Assembly: GCF_001194135.2 (NCBI RefSeq)
Contig: NC_068986.1
Location: 25,241,304-25,279,815 of the forward strand
Direction of reading: 5' to 3'
Length of the DNA: 38,512 bases
Source: Octopus bimaculoides
Lineage: Eukaryota
The stretch's first letter is position 1, and every line of letters begins with the position of its first letter. The position numbers and the translations under genes are program-made. Below are positions 32,975 to 38,512 of this stretch, piece after piece. The notes under the pieces were generated by a model. It was not told the origin of the DNA. It worked only from the letters and a program-made list of their open reading frames with translations, and did no database searches.

Positions 32975-33232
32975 GATACAGAAATAAATTTATTTCTCAA
33001 ACGAGTGATAATGCTATAGCTAGCGTGATCAGGATAAATTATCCATTTATTGCAGAAAAATACGTTACCGGTCAGCCCTAGCCAGTAACGTATTTTTCTG
33101 CATTATATGGATAATTTATCCTGATCACGCTATTTATAGNNNNNNNNNNNNNNNNNNNNNNNNNNNNNNNNNNNNNNNNNNNNNNNNNNNNNNNNNNNNN
33201 NNNNNNNNNNNNNNNNNNNNNNNNNNNNNNNN

Positions 33233-33281
<49 letters not shown>

Positions 33282-33350
33282 GATGATTATAATATATATC
33301 AATATATATATGATGATGTATATATATGATATATATATATATATATAATT
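32920..33350. repeat. (TA)n/(TGA)n microsatellite field enclosing a long hairpin and a gap
   Basis: Directly visible. Confidence 0.85.
33014..33139. other. Long inverted repeat (51-nt arms 33021-33071 and 33082-33132, 3 mismatches, 10-nt spacer)
   Basis: Arm 1 tagcgtgatcaggataaattatccatttattgcagaaaaatacgttaccgg versus rc of arm 2 tagcgtgatcaggataaattatccatataatgcagaaaaatacgttactgg. Confidence 0.9.
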
Positions 33351-33812
33351 ATGTGATTGACCAGACTATCAGTTGTTGTTGTTATACATTGCTGGTCACA
33401 ATGCGCTTTACATCCTTTTAGTTTTCAAATGCTGCCACCCCACTTAACAAAACTTCAATAGTCAAATCTTTTGAATAAAATCCGGCCAAGAGAGGAAACC
33501 TACACAGTGCTATATTTTAAATATTGAGGACAATTTTAGTAAAAAGCAGATTATATCTTACCCCCTTAATATCCCAAATATCCTGTACCCCAGTGTAACA
33601 ATGGTGAGCAGGCCAACCTTCCCCCTGATCAGAAGGCTTTTCTGTCACATGGCTACTCATTTACAACTGAGTGGACTGGTGCAACATGAAATTAAGTGTT
33701 TTGCTCAGGAACACAATGTGCAGTTGGTCTAGGAATCAAAACCATGACCTCATGATCCTGAGTATAACACACCCAACCACTAGGCCACGTTTCTACACAC
33801 GCACGCACGCAC

Positions 33813-33848
<36 letters not shown>

Positions 33849-34184
33849 GTGTAATGGTTCCATTCCTACTTCACATTGGAGTGGATAACAGTAGAAAGGT
33901 TATCTAGCTCTCTTTCCTTTCGAAACCAAAGAAAAAATATGGTCAAAAAATAAAATCATCTCTTGAGCTGAATGAAACCAGAATAAACACAAGTTAATTA
34001 TATCAAAAACTACATGTTTTTATTTTTATATGAACAACAGTTTTAATGGTTGTAGTTTTCTAATGGGTCAGTCAGTGGTTTGTTGCATTTACAATGGTCA
34101 AAGTGTCAAGAGAATCTGATAGATAGAAAGTATACCATAAATTATTTTCAGTGTCACTGCTATACATACTGACACTCTCTCAGT

Positions 34185-34492
34185 TATGACAATAAGGGTT
34201 CCAGTTGATCTGATCAAAGGAACAGTCTGCTTGTGAAATTGATGTGAAAGTGGCTGAGTACTCCATAGACACGTGTAACCTCAACATAGTTCTCAGAGAG
34301 ATTCAGTGTGACACACAATGTAACAAAGCTGGCCCTTTGAATTACAAGTAGAACTCATCTTTGCTAGCTGAGTGGACTGGAACAATGAGGAACAAAGTGT
34401 CTTGCTCAAGAACACAATGCACAACCAAGAATCAAACTCACGACCTTAGGATCGTGAGCTGAATGCCCTAACCACTAAGCCACGTGCCTTCA
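34185..34492 (-). mobile_element. SINE family E (partial copies also at about 3470-3612, 28050-28195, 33650-33790)
   Basis: Reverse-complement homology to 5442-5822. Confidence 0.75.
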
Positions 34493-34507
34493 TACTATAC
34501 ATACATG

Positions 34508-34543
<36 letters not shown>

Positions 34544-35971
34544 AGCATTGTGGAAAATGAAAGGAGTATATTTTAGATTAAAAAGAAACTTTGTTTATCT
34601 TAATTTTGAAAAATAAAAGAAGTATTTAAAAAAAATGCATTATTTATGGGATGACCTTCTATATAGTGCATGCTTGCACCATACTACCTGACAAACTATG
34701 CTTTTGCACAGTTTTCAATATCAAGACATTGATCAACTAGATGCTTTAGTAGAAGTCATCAAATCCAGACAAATGTAGTTGTAAAACAAACTTTTGAACC
34801 ACACATTTGTGCTTGTACCTACATTCCATGTTTTAAGCTTATTGAAACACCTGTGAGAGATAGCTAAACAATATCCTACAAAGAAACATGATAGATGCAG
34901 GGATATCTGTTTGAAATGTTTTTCCAAATGATAGGAAATAAGATATTAATTAAAATATATTTCAATATTTGTGGTCGAACGAGTGCAAAGAATTGGTTGA
35001 ATATCAGACAAAACAATGCACAGTATCTAGTTTTGAGCTCAAACCCTGCTGCCAATGATATTATTGTGTGGTCTTTTTGTGTTTGCAAAATAAATACCAA
35101 TGAGATATTGAGGTCAATATAATCAACTATATCCATCCCAGAAAATTTGTGGCTGTGCGATTGTTTGAAATCAAATTTTCCTGGTCAGTTGATGTAAATA
35201 TTCCAATGGATGGAAAATATAGAAATGAGACTATGTGATAATTTGAAATGTAGAACCTTCAACTTTGATTATAAATTTAAACTAACAATTATAATCATGG
35301 CATATTTGGTTCCATTACTAAATCTTTATGCAGTATACTTGAGAGGTGGTTTTTCGAGGAACAGCAATGGTAAACTTGGAATTCAACTGCATTGTTGATT
35401 GCACCTAATTGGCTATAGTTGACATCAAAAGCATTCCAGCCATGAACGTCCAATTTATTTATTGTATAACAAGGACTGCATTGGTGAATGTGTCCTTGCA
35501 TTTTTTTTTTAATGGTGGTAGGGTGTGAGTTGAATATTTGATCAAGTGACTGCATAGAGGTACGTATGAATGATATAAATTTTATTTGTAAAGTTTGGTA
35601 TGTGACGGAAGCTGTTTTATTGTGTAGCTGTTGCTTCATGTGCAGACGATTGTGACTGTGTACATTAAATACTTGTCCAGATTTTTGTAATGTTTATTTC
35701 TAATAAAGCAAAATCTAAAAATTATTTCACAACTATTTACAAAAATTTTAATAAAATTATACGTATATTTAAATAACTCCTATTTTGTTGCTTTTTTATT
35801 TTTAGAAAAAGTACAAGTATAAATTCATTTGACACCTCACCCACAATATTATCTTCAGTCTGCTCATTTAAGAAATAAATTTTCTTCTGTGCAGCCCATC
35901 TACAAATAGATAATCATCAAATGAAATGCAAACAAGAATATGAAAAGAAATTAATATGAACAATAAGATAA

Positions 35972-36166
35972 CCCTTTAGTATTCAGACTACTCTGTCACA
36001 TGTATTGCTTATTTATTCACATTGTTTTAAATTAATCATGCATTAACAAATAACTTTGAAATCTCAATGGTCTAATTCCCTTATTTTTAGAATGATGTTG
36101 TAGGATGGGTGTGAGAGGCTAGATCTAGCCAGGTAGAATATTTGGGTTTAATTAAATGTTAAAGGG
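35972..36166 (-). mobile_element. Same piggyBac-like MITE, reverse orientation
   Basis: CCCTTTAG...AAAGGG|TTAA ends; internal gggtgtgagaggctagatct is the reverse complement of the family core. Confidence 0.7.
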
Positions 36167-36384
36167 TTAATCATCCTCTTTTAAAGTTCCTTTTCTCCTG
36201 GGTTGATCAGTTCAATATGAACAGATGAGCCAGAGGGTCACACCAATGTCAGATGTCTGGTATAGCATTGTTTCTACACCCGAGTGCCCTTCATAGTGTC
36301 AGCAACTTCACATAGTCTTCTGGGTACCTTTTCATATGACCAACACTGGTGAGGTCACCAAGTATTTACAAGACAAGGCCCTCA

Positions 36385-36612
36385 ACTGAGTTGGGTATAG
36401 TTTTGGTCTCAAATTTTGGCACAAGGCCAGGAATTCTGGGGGAACGGGTAAGTCAATTGCATTGACTCCAGTACTCCACTGGTACGTATTTATCAACCTT
36501 GAAAGGATGAAAGACAAAATCAACCTAAGCGGAATTTGAACTCAGATCGCAAAAACAGATTAAAGGCTGCTAAGCGTTTTACCTGGCATGGCTACAATTC
36601 TGCCAGGTCACT
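36385..36612 (-). mobile_element. SINE family B
   Basis: Reverse-complement homology. Confidence 0.7.
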
Positions 36613-37324
36613 GCTCTTGTTGGGGATAGTATTGAGGGGTATGAAAGAGGGACAGGAACAGGTATCTTGCAGAAAGGGTGAATTCATGGTTTCTCCATCT
36701 GGAATGAGTGAGATGCAAGGTCAAGGTAGAAGGAGAATATGAGAAAAAGAATAGAATAAAAGAAAAAGGTTGGTGGGTATGTAAGTGTACTTGAACGAAT
36801 GTTTGTATGAATTGTATTTTCATTTAAGTAAACATTTTTATGAATGCAATATCGCTTCTTTTCAAAGAGAAGTAAGACCACCAAGAATTTGAGTTTTATA
36901 GGCACAGGCATGGCTGTGTGGTAAGAAGCTTGCTTCCCAAACACATGGTCTTTGACTATAATAGACTGTGCTATTTTGGTTTGTTTTCGATATTTTATTA
37001 AGAATTATTGTGCTTTACATACTTAAGCTTATTCAGCTTCCTACTCTGCAGTGCTTGGTCTCCCATCTGTCATATGGCCGCATTAAATGCAACACAAGTT
37101 TTTGATAAATAATTTTTTAAAAAATGTTTGTCTTATACGCCGGCAGATCCGGTGTTTAGTATAGAAATATTTTACTGAGTTAACAAGGGACGCAACACTA
37201 AATAAGAAATTATAAAATTCAGTTACTTCCCTTGAAACTCGTTCATTAAATCTTTATGAACCTACGTTTTACGATAGTAGTAGTCAAATTTCTTGCCACC
37301 GTTATATATATATGCATGCTAGCA

Positions 37325-37680
37325 TATATTATTATCATTTAACATCTGCATTCCAGGGTGACATGGTTTGGATGGGTCAACATGATCCAACTAACCAGAG
37401 GGATGCATCAAGCTTCATTGTCTGGATTGGCAAGGCTTCTATGGTTGGATCCCCTTCTTAACACTAATCACTTAACAGTGCACTGAGCATTTTTTGTGAT
37501 AAATTTACCATCATTTAGCGTCCGTTGTCCATACCGGTATGGGTTGGATGGTTTGACTGGGGCTGGTAAGCTGGAAGGCTGCATCAGACTCCAGTCAGAT
37601 TTGGCATGGTTTTCTACAGCTGGATGCCCTTCCTAATGCTATCACTCTAAGAGTGTAATGGGTGCTTTTACGTACCATTT
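37325..37680 (-). mobile_element. Two adjacent family D / RTE-3'-end fragments
   Basis: Reverse complements of ...aggaagggcatccagctgtaga...ccaacccatgccagcatggaaa...taaatgatg. Confidence 0.7.
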
Positions 37681-37767
37681 GTGCGACACCAGTATCTGCG
37701 AAGGGTCTTCTCAAGCATGACATAATGCCAAAGATTTCAGTCATTGCTTCATATACACACAAATATA

Positions 37768-38198
37768 CGTGAGTGGGTGCTGAAAAGTTCCTGGCTTTGG
37801 GTAAAGGAATTACAGGAAGATTAGTTAACGACTTGCAGACGGATTTTGTACTGACAGTTTGTGTTGTGTACCAGTATTAGGGTGTTCAGTAACTATATAA
37901 CTTTTCATACAAGGAATTTTACGGTGTATTTACAGATTTTTCTCAGTGTGGTATATTTGAAAACACTGCTGCACAGAATGAGACATTGCATTGCTTACAC
38001 ACACTGTTTTGATGTGGTCAGTACCATCTCCTGTCTGCAAGGAGTTATGATTTTTTCAACATATTCCTCTCACAGATCCACACACTTATTGCAGCAGTCC
38101 TTAAGTTTTTCTAAACCCTGTAAGAGAAATTGGAAGGTTGAGCCTCCATACAGGCTTTCATGATACCTTTAAGCCAGGAACTTTTCAACACTCCATTA
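37768..38198 (-). mobile_element. Mariner deletion derivative (MITE)
   Basis: TIRs GTGCTGAAAAGTTCCTGGCTT / AAGCCAGGAACTTTTCAACAC; minus strand retains the mariner C-terminus KDCCNKCVDL*EEYVEK. Confidence 0.8.
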
Positions 38199-38202
38199 TA
38201 TA

Positions 38203-38376
38203 TCATCATCGTTTAACGTCCGCTTTCCATGCTAGCATGGGTTGGACGATTTGACTGAGGACTGGTGCAACCGGATGGCTACACCAGGCTCCAATCTAAT
38301 TTGGCAGAATTTCTACAGCTGGATGCCCTTCCTAACGCCAACCACTCAGAGAGTGTAGTGGGTGCTTTTACGTGCA
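38203..38376 (-). mobile_element. Family D / RTE-type 3' end with (GAT)n tail
   Basis: catcatcgtttaacgtccgctttccatgctagcatgggttgg is the reverse complement of the family tail. Confidence 0.8.
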
Positions 38377-38377
38377 T

Positions 38378-38512
38378 GCCCCCGGCCCATCAGGAATCAC
38401 TGCAGAGATGCTCAAAATATCTGGCAGTGTTGGCTATAGCCTAGTCACCCGTATTACGAACCAGGTGATACACGAAGGAGTCATACCCAATGACTGGTGT
38501 AGCAGCATCATA
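38378..38512 (+). mobile_element. RTE-type LINE reverse-transcriptase fragment running off the window end
   Basis: Open frame APGPSGITAEMLKISGSVGYSLVTRITNQVIHEGVIPNDWCSSII matches the conserved start of non-LTR RT domains (PGPxGI...E...IPxDW). Confidence 0.85.

Noticed and set aside
34690-35650. About 1 kb of non-repetitive sequence with several 60-115 aa ORFs, possibly an old transposon or pseudogene
   Set aside because: No piggyBac, Helitron or other motif could be recognised convincingly; needs tBLASTx.

Overview
AT-rich eukaryotic genomic DNA with six N-gaps. The SINE/MITE repertoire and (TA)n density look like an octopus (coleoid cephalopod) genome; this is pattern recognition, not a database result. 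One protein-coding gene can be fully reconstructed: a + strand TRIM E3 ligase with six coding exons (19600-32153, 581 aa, all junctions GT-AG and phase-consistent). Its architecture is RING, B-box1, B-box2, coiled coil, SPRY. The N-terminal half resembles TRIM9/MID1 (class C-I), but there is no FN3 domain. It has a CpG/ETS-rich promoter and an upstream exon that splices in frame. The rest is mostly mobile DNA: a decayed Tc1, a TIR element with a SAP-SWIM remnant, CR1, RTE and RLE-type LINE fragments, hAT-, piggyBac- and mariner-type MITEs, a Helentron-associated element and several SINE families (letters A, B, D, E, F are my own labels), some nested. The most notable non-coding signals are a hammerhead-ribozyme-like motif in a tRNA-headed SINE, a 51-bp-stem hairpin downstream of the TRIM gene, and hints of an unannotated spliced transcript in 1-19 kb. 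I found no prokaryotic features (CRISPR, rRNA, true tRNA) and cannot claim a wholly new biological system.
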